Assembly: GCA_963835845.1 (NCBI GenBank)
Contig: CAWIGT010000001.1
Span: 470,122 to 534,121 of the forward strand
From: an uncultured Chloroflexia bacterium
GTDB lineage: Bacteria > Chloroflexota > Limnocylindria > Limnocylindrales > CSP1-4
Direction: 5' to 3'
DNA length: 64,000 nt
Numbering within the stretch: position 1 is the stretch's first letter; every line of letters begins with the position of its first letter. Positions 30,599-42,046 of the stretch are shown here, piece by piece. Made by a program: the position numbers and the translations under genes. A model generated the notes under the pieces. The model was given only the letters and a program-made list of their open reading frames with translations. It had not been told where the DNA came from and made no database searches.

Positions 30599-32686
30599 CT
30601 ATTCCTTGTGCGCGGCCTCCTGCGCCTTCTTGTGGGCCTCGATCACCTTTTCGGCGATGTGCTGAGGCACGTCTTCGTAGCGGTCCAGAGTGGCCGTGAA
30701 GGTGCCGCGCCCGCCGGTGAGTGAGCGCAGTTCAGTGGCGTAGGTGAACAGCTCCGCCTGGGGAACGCTGGCGGTGATGACCTGCATCCCGTCCTTGGTA
30801 TCCATGCCGAGGACGCGGCCGCGGCGGCCGTTGAGGTCGCGGTTCACGTCTCCCATGTAGGCCTCGGGAATGCGAATCTCGACGGTCATGATGGGTTCCA
30901 TCAGGGCCGGCTTGCAGTCGAGGACGCCCTGCTTGAGGGCCATCGACGCGGCGATCTTGAACGACAGCTCGTTGGAGTCGACCGGGTGGAACGAGCCGTC
31001 GTAGAGCGTGGCCTTGAAGTCGCTGAGCGGATAGCCCGCCAGCACGCCCTCGGCCGCGGCCTCGCGAACGCCCTTTTCGACGCCCGGGAAGAAGTTCTTT
31101 GGCACGGTGCCGCCGACGACCTTCTCGGCGAACTCGACGCCGCCGCCGTGGTTCGGCTCGATCTCGATCCAGACGTCGCCGAACATGCCGTGGCCGCCGG
31201 TCTGCTTCTTGTAGCGGCCGTGGCTCTGTGTCTTGCCGCGGATCGTTTCCTTGTAGGCCACTCGCGGGGTCTTGGTCACGATCGCGGCGCCGAACTTGCG
31301 CTTGAGGCGCTCGCCCAGGACGGCGACGTGGGCGTCGCCCATCGTCAGCAGAACCTGCTCGCCGGTTTCCGATCGTTCCACTCTGGCCGACGGCTCCTCT
31401 TCGAGCATGCGCTGGAGGGCGGTGCCCATCTTGTCCAGGTCCGCTTTCGTCTGCGGTTCGATCGCGACCTGAAGAGTGGGAATAGGGAACACGATCGGCG
31501 CCAGCGAGTAGGACTCCTCTCGAGAGTGGCAGAGCGTGTCGCCGGTGCCGGTGATCGTCAGCTTGGCCACGGCGCCGATTTCGCCGGCGTGCAGCTGCCC
31601 GACCGTCTCCTGATCCTTGCCGTGGAGGAGGAGCAGCTGGCCCATCCGCTCGGGCTCGTTGCGAGTGCCGTTCCAGGCCTGGGCCTGGCCCTGGAGAGTC
31701 CCGGTCATGACGCGCAGGTACGTCAGGCGGCCGACGAACGGGTCTGCCGTTGTCTTGAAGACGCGGGCCACGACTGGTCCCGTCAACGAGACGGGCAGCT
31801 TGACTTCCTTGCCCTTCGAGTCGGTGACGACGATCTCAGAGTCTTCCGCGGGCGACGGAAGGTAGTGGACGATCGCGTTCATCAGCGCCCGCACGCCGAT
31901 GTCCTTCGAGACGCTCCCCACCAGAACCGGCGCCACCAGGCCGGATCGAACGGCCTTGTGGAGGCACGTCTCGAACTCCTCGTCGGTGATCTCGTCGCCT
32001 TCGAGGTACTTGGTCAGAATTTCGTCGTCGGCTTCGGAGGCAGCCTCGAGCAGCTGGTCGCGGCGGGACGCGACCTCGACGGTCAGGTTGGCCGGAACCG
32101 GGATCTCGACCTCCTTGCCACCCTGCAGTTCGTATGCCCTGCCGTGTAGCAGGTCCACGTAACCGCTGAACGTCGCCGCGGCGCCGATCGCGATGTGCAG
32201 CGGAGCCACCTTGTTGCCGAAGGAGCTGCGGAGGGCGTCCAGCGCGTTCGTCGGATTCGCGTTCTCGCGCTCGCACTTGTTCAAGAAGAACAGGGCCGGG
32301 TGATTGCTCGATCGCGCCAATGCCACCGCCGACTCGAGGCCGGCCTCGACGTGACCGGAGGCGTCCATGAGCAGGACCGCCGCATCGGCTGCCGCGAAGC
32401 CCTCGACGACCTCGGCGGCGAAGTCCGCGTATCCGGGAGTATCGACGAGCTGGATCCGGGTCCCTTCGTATTCAAGGCTGGCTACGGCGAGAGTCAGCGA
32501 CTGCTTGCGCTTCTGTTCTTCAGGCTCGTAGTCCAGGCTGGCGGTGCCGTCATCGACGCGGCCGAGCCGCGTGATCGCGCCAGCGTCGAAAAGGAGGCGC
32601 TCGGCCAGCGTCGTCTTGCCTGCCCCGGCATGGGAGGCGAGGACGACGCTGCGAAGGTGGAGGAGGTCGGCACTCTTGGTTGTCAT
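30599..32686 (-). CDS. Elongation factor G family GTPase (stand-alone EF-G2-like paralog)
   Basis: 695 aa. G1 AGAGKTT, G3 DTPGYADF, G4 NKCE, then EF-G domains II-V. It is not in an rpsL-rpsG-fusA-tuf context. Confidence 0.85.
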   Translation of the reverse strand: MTTKSADLLHLRSVVLASHAGAGKTTLAERLLFDAGAITRLGRVDDGTASLDYEPEEQKRKQSLTLAVASLEYEGTRIQLVDTPGYADFAAEVVEGFAAADAAVLLMDASGHVEAGLESAVALARSSNHPALFFLNKCERENANPTNALDALRSSFGNKVAPLHIAIGAAATFSGYVDLLHGRAYELQGGKEVEIPVPANLTVEVASRRDQLLEAASEADDEILTKYLEGDEITDEEFETCLHKAVRSGLVAPVLVGSVSKDIGVRALMNAIVHYLPSPAEDSEIVVTDSKGKEVKLPVSLTGPVVARVFKTTADPFVGRLTYLRVMTGTLQGQAQAWNGTRNEPERMGQLLLLHGKDQETVGQLHAGEIGAVAKLTITGTGDTLCHSREESYSLAPIVFPIPTLQVAIEPQTKADLDKMGTALQRMLEEEPSARVERSETGEQVLLTMGDAHVAVLGERLKRKFGAAIVTKTPRVAYKETIRGKTQSHGRYKKQTGGHGMFGDVWIEIEPNHGGGVEFAEKVVGGTVPKNFFPGVEKGVREAAAEGVLAGYPLSDFKATLYDGSFHPVDSNELSFKIAASMALKQGVLDCKPALMEPIMTVEIRIPEAYMGDVNRDLNGRRGRVLGMDTKDGMQVITASVPQAELFTYATELRSLTGGRGTFTATLDRYEDVPQHIAEKVIEAHKKAQEAAHKE

Positions 32687-32915
32687 CGGCTATTCGATCC
32701 TCTGGTGGCGTCAGATCGCATCGAACAAACGGCGCGACGAAGGCCCGAGCGCCGCCCGGCCATGATAGACCCGCGCGTCGTCGCGGACGAGCACCGCATG
32801 ACGGCAGCGCGGACGGGTAGTTTCAGGCTGCGCGGGCTTGCCGAAGACACTCCATCGAGCCTCTGCCGTTCCAATGGGCGGCTCCGTGGCCCGCCTGGGC
32901 GCTATACTCGGGCCG

Positions 32916-33663
32916 ATGTCTGGACATTCGAAGTGGTCGCAGATCAAGCGCCAGAAAGGCGCGAACGACGTCAAGCGCGGTGCAGTCTTCACCAAGATGG
33001 GCCGCGAGATCAGCGTTGCCGCGCGAGCCGGCGGCGGTGACCCGGACGGCAACTTCCGGCTCCGCCTCGCGATAGAACGGGCTCGCGCCATCAACATGCC
33101 GCTCGACACGATCAAGCGCGCCATCGAGAAGGCGACCGGCGGCGGCGAAGGCGAGCAGTTCGAAGAGATCACCTACGAGGGCTACGGACCCGGCGGCGTG
33201 GCGATCCTGGTCGAGACGGCCACCGACAACAAGAACCGGACCGCGGCGGACGTGCGCTCGGTCCTGACCAAGGCCGGCGGCTCACTCGCGGCGCCCGGCA
33301 GCGTCGCCTGGCAGTTCGAGCAGCGCGGCGTGATCCTGCTGGCCCCGGGTGGCGATGCCGAGGAGCTGGAGCTCCTGGCCATCGACTCCGGCGCAGACGA
33401 TGTCGACTCGTCGGGCGAGCAGGTCGAGGTCTATACAAAGCCCACGGACCTGGAAGCGGTTCGCCGAGCGCTGGAGTCCGCGGGCGTCAAGATCGAAGTC
33501 GGCCGAGCTCTCGATGTCGCCCAAGAACACGATCGAGCTCGACGTGTCGAAGGCGCGCCAGGCACTCCGGCTGATCGAGACGCTGGAGGACCACGACGAC
33601 GTCCAGCGCGTGACCTCGAACTTCGAGATCCCCGAGACGCTCCTGGCCGAGGTCGGCGGTTGA
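32916..33663 (+). pseudogene. yebC: YebC/PmpR-family transcriptional regulator, one frameshift near 33500
   Basis: MSGHSKWSQIKRQKGANDVKRGAVFTKMGREI... The C-terminus (...SMSPKNTIELDVSKARQALRLIETLEDHDDVQRV) is in the frame of ORF 33349..33663. Confidence 0.85.
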
Positions 33664-34298
33664 TAATCCTGGGCATCGATCCCGGGACGGCGATGCTGGG
33701 GTTCGGCATCGTGGAGCGGACCGGCCCGCGGCTACGAGCGATCGACTACGGCGTCATCAAGACGGCTTCCGATCTGTCGCTGCCGGAGCGGCTCGAAACC
33801 ATCTACCTCGCCCTGACGGATCTCATCGAGTTGCACGCCCCGGCGCTGGTCGGCGTGGAGCGGCTGTTCTTCACCAAGAACGTCCAGACGGCCTTCGCCG
33901 TCGGTCAGGCGCGTGGCGTCGTGCTGCTGGCAGCCGCGCTGCACGACCTGGAGATCCGCGAAGCCACGCCGAACGAGGTCAAGGTCGCCGTCGCCGGGCA
34001 CGGCTCCGCGTCAAAGGAGCAGGTCCAGCGCATGGTCCAGGCGATCCTGGGCCTGGCCGAAATTCCGACGCCCGACGACGCCGCGGATGCGCTGGCCATC
34101 GCCGTCTGCGTGGCCAATCGCGAGCGTTCCGTCAGCCGGATTCCCACGGGCGCGCTCGACCGGTCGGCCCTTCAGCCGGCGCCGAGCGGGATGACGCCCT
34201 ACGAGAAGGCCGTCCGCGACGCACTCCGCCGCGAGCGTCTGGGCATCGGTCCGGACGCGCTCACCAAGCGCGAGCCCAAATCAAAGACGGCATCCTAA
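33660..34298 (+). CDS. ruvC: Holliday junction resolvase RuvC with C-terminal extension
   Basis: TTG 33660 overlaps the yebC stop. (M)IILGIDPGTAMLGFGIVE...GHGSASKEQVQRMV...PDDAADALAIAVC. Confidence 0.85.
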   Translation: MIILGIDPGTAMLGFGIVERTGPRLRAIDYGVIKTASDLSLPERLETIYLALTDLIELHAPALVGVERLFFTKNVQTAFAVGQARGVVLLAAALHDLEIREATPNEVKVAVAGHGSASKEQVQRMVQAILGLAEIPTPDDAADALAIAVCVANRERSVSRIPTGALDRSALQPAPSGMTPYEKAVRDALRRERLGIGPDALTKREPKSKTAS

Positions 34299-34320
34299 AC
34301 CCTTCGGGCGTCGGAACCGC

Positions 34321-34356
34321 GGGAGTGGCGCATCGCGGGAGTGGCGCATCGCGGGC
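34321..34356. repeat. Tandem 16-nt direct repeat (CGGGAGTGGCGCATCG x2.25)
   Basis: Identical copies at 34321-34336 and 34337-34352, plus CGGG, in the ruvC-ruvA spacer. Confidence 0.85.
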
Positions 34357-34467
34357 CAGGTCGCCCTTGCTCGCGGCGCGCGGCCATTTGCGTATCCTGC
34401 AGCAGCCATAATTCGGTCGCGCCGGTCGCCGGTCCGTGACCGGTCCGCGAGGAGTGGGAGTAACCAG

Positions 34468-35061
34468 ATGATCGCTCTACTCGACGGCGTGGTCGGCGCC
34501 GTGTTCGCCGACTCGCTGATCCTCGAAGTGAGCGGCGTCGGCTACCGCGTCTTCGCCGCACCGTCGGTGCTGACGACGGCGAGCGCCGGGGAGCGCCTGC
34601 GGCTGTTCACCCACCACGTCGTTCGCGAGGATCTCCAGGCCCTGTACGGCTTCCGCACGCCCGAAGACCTGGGCTTCTTTGGGTTGCTGCTCACCGTGAC
34701 CGGTGTCGGGCCCAAAGTGGCCCTGGGGATCGTCGGGTCGCGGCCGGTCGGCGATTTGCAGCTGGCGATCCTCTCGGACGACCTCGCCCTGCTGACCGCA
34801 GTCCCCGGCGTCGGCAAGAAGCTCGCTGCGCGCGTGGTGCTCGAGCTCAAGGAGAAGGTCGCTGCGGCAGGCGTCGCCGCAGGAGCCGCGGGTGGGGGAG
34901 GACCGGCCGGCGAATCCGAAGTGATGGCCGCTCTGCTCGCGCTCGGATACTCTGCCGGCGAGGCGCGCCAGGCGTCGCGCGAGGCTCTCTCGGACCTGGC
35001 GGTGGGCCCCGGTCTGGAGGAACGCGTCAAGGCGGCGCTGCGGACGCTGGTCAGGGGATAG
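34468..35061 (+). CDS. ruvA: Holliday junction DNA helicase RuvA
   Basis: MIALLDGVV...VSGVGYRV...LYGF...F..LL.V.GVGPKVAL...VPGVGKKLA. Confidence 0.9.
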   Translation: MIALLDGVVGAVFADSLILEVSGVGYRVFAAPSVLTTASAGERLRLFTHHVVREDLQALYGFRTPEDLGFFGLLLTVTGVGPKVALGIVGSRPVGDLQLAILSDDLALLTAVPGVGKKLAARVVLELKEKVAAAGVAAGAAGGGGPAGESEVMAALLALGYSAGEARQASREALSDLAVGPGLEERVKAALRTLVRG

Positions 35062-35710
35062 CCGAGCCCTGGCTCGACGCAAGCCGGTCGATCCGATCGA
35101 TCAGGTCGGAGAGGGTTATCCGGCCCTGATAGGTGGAAACCACGCCCTGGTCATCGACCCGCCACACGTCCCAGACCTCAGGTGGCGGGTCGGTGCCCAC
35201 TGGACTGGTCAAGAAGAGCACGTATCGCGCCCCTACCTGGAGAGTCGGCACCGTATCGACGTAAACCGAGTAGCAGCCGATTGTGCCGCCCTCGATGGCG
35301 ACCAGCGTCCGACCAGGATCAGCTTCTCCGTGGATGACCTGCTCGACGTCGATCGTGAACGGCGTGTATACCTGTGCCTCCCCGCCGAACGCGGCGGCGT
35401 CTCGCGCCACGACATCGGCCACAACGACCACTTGTCGAAGCGCAAGATCGTCCTGCTGCCATCCCTTCGGCCCCAAGTTCGGGAAGAAGCCGGGCACTTG
35501 AATGCCGGCGATCACGTAAGGACCCCGGTTGACCGCCATGTCAGCGTGACCGCACGGAGCAGGGGACGGAAGAGTCGAGAGCTCGGGCGTCGGGATCGTT
35601 GGGGTCTCAGTAGGGAGAGCCGGAGTCGGCAACACGGACGGCTTGGGTGTGGCACATCCGGCGAGCAGGAACGCCAGAACCACGAGAACTAGCGCCGGCC
35701 GCTTCATCAT
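35051..35710 (-). CDS. Hypothetical lipoprotein
   Basis: MMKRPALVLVVLAFLLAGC is a signal peptide plus lipobox, followed by a PT-rich linker. It lies antisense between ruvA and ruvB. Confidence 0.55.
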   Translation of the reverse strand: MMKRPALVLVVLAFLLAGCATPKPSVLPTPALPTETPTIPTPELSTLPSPAPCGHADMAVNRGPYVIAGIQVPGFFPNLGPKGWQQDDLALRQVVVVADVVARDAAAFGGEAQVYTPFTIDVEQVIHGEADPGRTLVAIEGGTIGCYSVYVDTVPTLQVGARYVLFLTSPVGTDPPPEVWDVWRVDDQGVVSTYQGRITLSDLIDRIDRLASSQGSAIP

Positions 35711-35811
35711 CTGCTTCGTGCCACAGGCCTCCCGTCCAGAGGACGACGACAAGGGCCCGGCGGTTCCGGGTGGGTTCGTCGTCTGGTCGCCACTAGAACG
35801 CCCGTTCCCTA

Positions 35812-35820
35812 TGCTATGAT
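35812..35820 (+). promoter_or_regulatory. Extended -10 (TGcTATGAT) positioned for a leaderless ruvB transcript
   Basis: The -10 hexamer TATGAT ends at 35820 and the ruvB ATG is at 35827 (6-nt gap). There is no SD in between. Confidence 0.45.
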
Positions 35821-35826
35821 CCGGCT

Positions 35827-36970
35827 ATGAGCGACGGCCCGGTCAGCGACATCTCGCGAATCCTCGCTGCCGGCGTGGAGGACGAAGCAGAGGTCGCCGT
35901 CGACAGGACGCTGCGGCCCAAAACGCTGGACGAGTACATCGGCCAGCGCGAGTTGAAGGCGAACCTCTCCATCCTGCTCGGCGCCGCCCGCCAGAGAGGG
36001 GACGCCGCAGATCACGTCCTGCTACACGGCCCGCCCGGCCTGGGGAAAACGACTCTCGCCACGATCATCGCCCGCGAGCTCGGGGCCAACATTCGCTATG
36101 CCAGCGGGCCGGCAATCGAGCGGGCGGGGGACCTCGCCGCGATCCTGACCTCCCTCGACGAGCGAGACGTGCTGTTCATCGACGAGATCCACCGTCTCAA
36201 CCGCGCGGTCGAGGAGATCCTCTATCCGGCGATGGAGGATTTCGCGCTGGACGTGATGATCGGCAAGGGGCCGTCGGCCCGCAGCCTCCGGTTGACCCTG
36301 AAGCCGTTCACGATCGTGGGCGCAACCACGCGAGCCGGCCGCATCTCCAGTCCACTCCGAGACCGCTTCGGCGCCACGTACCGGCTCGATTTCTACGACA
36401 TCTCGGACCTGACCGCGATCGTGGTCCGATCCGCGAGGCTTCTCGGCGTGGAGTTGAGTCCGGACGGGGCAACGGCGATCGCCCGGCGTGGACGCGGCAC
36501 GCCACGGGTCGTGAACCGGCTGCTCAAGCCGCGTCCGCGACTACGCCCAGATCAACGGCGACGGCCGTGTCGATGCAGCCACGGCGGACAAGGCGCTGGT
36601 CGCGCTGGAGATCGACGATCAGGGGCTGGACGGGACCGACCGCAAGCTGCTGGCCGCCATCGTGCAGAAGTTCGGCAGCGGGCCCGGTCGGCGTCGCAGG
36701 CGCTCGCGGCGGTCCTTGCCGAGGAGACGGAGACGGTCGAGGACGTCTACGAGCCGTTCCTGCTGCGCCTCGGTTTTCTGGACCGCACGCCGCAGGGCCG
36801 CATCGCGACCGAACGCGCCCGCCAGCATCTCGCCCGCATGGGCTTCGAAGTGCCCGCCGCCGCGACGGTCCGAGGCCGAGCAGCCGGCGCTCTGGGACGG
36901 TTCGGCAGTCACAGACGCGGTCGCAGATACGGACCGGCCTGCGGCGGGCGCGGACGCGCCCGCCCGGTGA
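35827..36970 (+). pseudogene. ruvB: Holliday junction helicase RuvB, ~3 frameshifts (~36525, ~36695, ~36870)
   Basis: Walker [10 protein letters not shown], Walker [10 protein letters not shown], sensor VGATTRAG. The winged-helix part (...[34 protein letters not shown]) is in another frame. A frame-2 stop at 36968-36970 overlaps the tgt ATG. Confidence 0.85.
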
Positions 36971-38175
36971 TGACTACCGGCCCGCATAGCGATTCGGATC
37001 GCGTATCGCCGGCCCAGTTCCAGGTCCTGGTGCCACCGCCGGCGGACGGCTCGACGCACGCTCGAATCGGCCGGTTGACGCTGCCGCACGGAGTCGTCGA
37101 GACGCCCGAGTTCATGCCGGTCGGGACGAATGCCACGGTCAAGGCGCTGGACCCGGAAGACCTCCGCGCAGTCGGCGCCTCGATCATCCTGTCTAACACT
37201 TACCACCTCTACCTGCGTCCCGGACACGAGCGCATCGCGCGGCTCGGTGGGCTTCACCGGTTCATGGCCTGGGACGGGCCCATCCTCACCGACTCGGGCG
37301 GGTTCCAGGTCGTCTCCCTCGGCGAGCTCCGCAGGATCGACGAGGACGGAGTCACGTTCCAGAGCCATCTCGATGGCTCTATCCACCGCTTCACGCCGGA
37401 GCTCTCGATAGCGGTCCAGGAAGCGCTCGGCGCGGACATCGCCGTCGCCTTCGACCAGCCCGTGCCGCCGGCCTCGACCAGTCCCGCGGCCGTGGCCGAG
37501 GCAACTGACCAGGATCGAACCGTTGGGCAGAGCCGCTCGCTCGCGGCGCACACGCGGCCGGATCAGGCGATGTTCGGGATCATCCAGGGCGGACTGGATC
37601 CCGGCCTTCGCGCCGAATCGACTCGCGCCATCTCATCTCTGCCGTTCGACGGCATCTGCATCGGCGGCCTGGCCGGAGACGAGACGGCCGGAGCAGCGCG
37701 AAGCCACCCTCGAAGTCGTCGTGGGGCTGCTGGAGGCGTCGGCAGATCCGCGGCCACGCTATCTCATGGGCCTGGGGTCACCCATTGATCTGCTCGAGGC
37801 CGTCCATCGAGGCGTCGATCTGTTCGACTGCGTCCTGCCCGCTCGAGTCGCCCGCAACGGCCAGCTTTGGGTGCCCGGGGGCCGTCTGAACATGCGCAAC
37901 GCCCGGTTCGTCGACGATCCGCGACCGGTCCAGGACGGCTGTCCGCTGCCTGTTGTGTCGCAACGTTCTCGCGGGCCTATCTGGCCCACCTTTTCCGGGC
38001 CGAAGAGCTCCTCGCCTACCGCCTCGCGACTTGTCACAACCTGACCTTCACCCTAGACTTCATGGCCGAAATCCGCGCCTCACTGCGCTCCGGCACCTTC
38101 GTCGCGCGCCTGCCCGAACTGCGGGCCCGCGCTCAGCTGTCACCGTCGAATGCATTGGCAGTGCAGCCGGAGTGA
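36970..38175 (+). pseudogene. tgt: Queuine tRNA-ribosyltransferase, 2-3 frameshifts (~37690, ~37945)
   Basis: [60 protein letters not shown] and the C-terminal Zn-site region are spread over three frames. Confidence 0.85.
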
Positions 38176-38214
38176 AGAGCCCACATGTACCTTGCAATAC
38201 GCGGAGGCGCACCA

Positions 38215-38374
38215 GATGGCCAGTCGGGACAGACCCTCTCACCAGGCGAAAAAGAAGCCCAAGGACGCCTCGCAAAAGGGCATCAACAAGATCCAGCCCT
38301 TGCTGGAGCCGCCGACCAACGTCGAGGTTTGGAAGCCCAAGCGCAAGCCGCGAACTGAAGAGACCGAGAGCTAA
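38215..38374 (+). CDS. Small Lys-rich hypothetical protein (52 aa)
   Basis: GGAGG lies 8 nt upstream of ATG 38215. The product is [52 protein letters not shown]. Local GC is lower than the surroundings. Confidence 0.35.
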
Positions 38375-38480
38375 CGGACGGGCGGACGCCATCGGGCGAC
38401 CGCTCCGTGGGGCCCATGACATCGCTCGTGACGAGATTTCGCCGCGGCGATCGATGACTGGAGCGAGGAGCAAGTTGGCG

Positions 38481-39550
<1,070 letters not shown>

Positions 39551-39555
39551 CGGGC

Positions 39556-40186
39556 ATGGCGTACCGGACCGGCAGCCAGCGTCTCGAAGCCCGACGGGCC
39601 CGGCTGCAACGCCACGCGGCCGAGACGGATCCGGCAGTGGTACTCAACGCGGCGGCGCGCTTTCTCGAAGTGCGCTCGCGTTCCGTCGAGGAAGTCCGAC
39701 GCAGCCTGACGGTGGCCGCCTTTCCCGCGGAACTGGTCGAGGGCGCGGTCGCACGGCTGCTGGAACTGGGCGTCCTGGACGACCGCGCGTTCGCTCGGGC
39801 CTGGGTGGAGTCGCGCGATCGAGCGCGGCCACGGGGCGAGCAGGCGCTCCGGCGTGAACTGGCGCTCAAAGGCATCGAGCGGGACACGATCGACGAGGTG
39901 CTCATCGAGCGGAGTGAGGCCGCCCGAGACGCCGCAGGTGACAGCGGCGGGGCTGGCCGCGAGGACGCGCGGGCTCGTTTCTCCGACGCCCGGGCGGCCG
40001 ACGCGATCGCGGCGGAGCGGCTGCTGGCCAAGAATCGGCCATCGCTGCTCCGCGTCGCCGACGCGCGCGATCCGGCGGGCCCGTGCCTACGCGCTGCTGG
40101 CCCGAAACGGCTTCGACCCTGAGGTGTGCCGCGAAGTCAGCGCCCGCTCGGTCGGGCACGGAGTGGAGGCCGACCCGGACGACTGA
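39556..40186 (+). pseudogene. recX: RecA regulator RecX, one frameshift near 40070
   Basis: RecX repeats ([14 protein letters not shown]..., RRELALKGI). The C-terminus ...RARAYALLARNGFDPEV is in ORF 39854..40186. Confidence 0.8.
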
Positions 40187-40495
40187 CGGCCGTCAATGGC
40201 CTGCCGCCGTTTCCCGATCGGACCGACGACTCAGCCTGCCCGGTTCGGTGGCGGGAACGACCCGCCCGAACGTCCTGGCGCCATGACCGGATTGGCGCGG
40301 GCGCCGTAGACTACGCGTCGAGACGAACAAGCGCCGCCGAGCACAGCGGTCACGGTTTGCGGCGCCGGCTCGAATCAGAGACAAACGCAGCTTCACTCGG
40401 ACCGGCACGTGGAGCGGGCCTGACCGGGGTTCGGGGCGGCTCTCATCCTTTTCGACGTACCTCCGGTCGCGTTCATACGGCCGGACGGGAGGCAA

Positions 40496-42039
40496 GTGAA
40501 TATGGATATCGCCCTTGTGGCCACTTTCGTCGTGGCCGCCCTTGTCGTGGGCGTGTGCGTCGGCTTCCTGGCTCGCGGCCTGGTGGCTAATCAAGCGATC
40601 CAGAGCGCCCAGGAGAAGGCCGGCCGGATCGTCGCCGAGGCGCGGACCCAGCAGAAGGACCTGATCCTCACAGGCCAAGGACGAGAAGCTGCGGCTGCAG
40701 CGCGAGGCCGAGGAGGAGGCACGCGCCAAGCGCGCCGAGCTCACGACTCCTGGAGACGCCGGCTTCTCCAGCGCGACGAGCAGCTCGACCAGCGCGCCGA
40801 CATGCTCGAGCAGCGCGACCGCAAGCTGCTGGACCGCGAGCGCGAGCTCGAGGGCAGCCGCGCGAGGAGCTCGCCCGCGCCCAGCAGGAGCACGTCGCCG
40901 CCCTCGAGCGGGTCAGCGGCATGTCGGCCGACGAGGCCAAGGCCCAGCTCCTCGAGGCGGTCCGCGAGGAAGCCGAGCACGACGCCGTCCGCCTGGCCAG
41001 TCGATCGAGCGGCAGGCCCGCGAGGAGGCCGAGAGAGCGCGCTCGCGAGATCGTCGTCACCGCGATGCAGCGGATCGCCGCCGACCACACCGCCGAGCAC
41101 ACCGTGTCGGCGTGTCCACCTGCCCAACGACGAGATGAAGGGCCGCATCATCGGCCGCGAGGGCCGCAACATCCGCGCCCTCGAGCAGGCCACCGGCATC
41201 GACCTGATCATCGACGACACGCCCGAAACCGTCGTCATCAGCGGCTTCGACCCGGTCCGCCGCGAGGTCGCGCGGCTGGCCCTGACCAAGCTCATGCCGG
41301 ACGGGCGGATCCATCCCGGCCGGATCGAGGAGGTCGTGGCCAAGGCGCGCGCCGAGGTCGACTCGATCGATGCGCCAGGCCGGCGAGCAGGCCGCCTACG
41401 ACGCCGGCGTTCCCGGCCTGCCGCCGGAGATCATCAAGCTGCTCGGCCGCCTCAAGTTCCGCACGAGCTACGGCCAGAACGTGCTGAACCACTCCGTCGA
41501 GACGAGCCGCCTCGCCGCGATCATCGCCGCCGAGCTCGGCGCGGACGTCCAGGTCGCCAAGATCGGCGGCCTCCTCCACGACATCGGCAAGGCCGTCGAC
41601 CACGAGGTCGAGGGTCCGCACGCCGCAGATCGGCGCCCAGATCGCCCAGCGCCACAACCTCTCGCCGAAGGTCGTGAACGCGATCGCCGCCCACCACCAG
41701 GAGGTCGAGTACGCCTGCTCGGAGGCGCCGATCGTCCAGGTCGCCGACGCGATCAGCGCCTCCCGGCCCGGCGCGCGCGGCGAATCCATGGAGACCTACG
41801 TCCGACGCCTCGAGGATCTGCAGGCGATCGCGGAGAGCTTCGCGGGCGTCGAGAAGAGCTTCGCGGTCCAGGCCGGCCGCGAGGTCCGCATCCTGGTCCG
41901 GCCCGAGGAGATCGACGACCTCAGCGCCACGCGGCTGGCCCGCGACATCGTCCGGAAGATCGAGGCCAGCCTGACCTATCCGGGCCAGATCAAGGTGACG
42001 GTCATCCGCGAGACGCGGGCCGTCGAATACGCCAAGTAG
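40496..42039 (+). pseudogene. rny: Ribonuclease Y, ~8 frameshifts
   Basis: N-terminal TM helix, coiled coil, KH ([20 protein letters not shown]), HD ([12 protein letters not shown]) and C-terminus ...[16 protein letters not shown]. Frame changes lie near 40672, 40745, 40858, 40995, 41040, 41108, 41365 and 41628. Confidence 0.85.
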
Positions 42040-42046
42040 GCGCCGC

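Noticed and set aside
35827-37788. Apparent 653-aa RuvB-Tgt fusion ORF
   Set aside because: Frame 1 simply stays open. The RuvB C-terminus (...EQPALWDG...) is in frame 2 and stops at 36968-36970, overlapping the tgt ATG at 36970. These are two separate, translationally coupled genes blurred by indels.
38375-38480. LexA/Cheo-type SOS box (GAAC-N4-GTTC) upstream of recA
   Set aside because: No such palindrome, or any other obvious inverted repeat, is present between 38176 and 38480.
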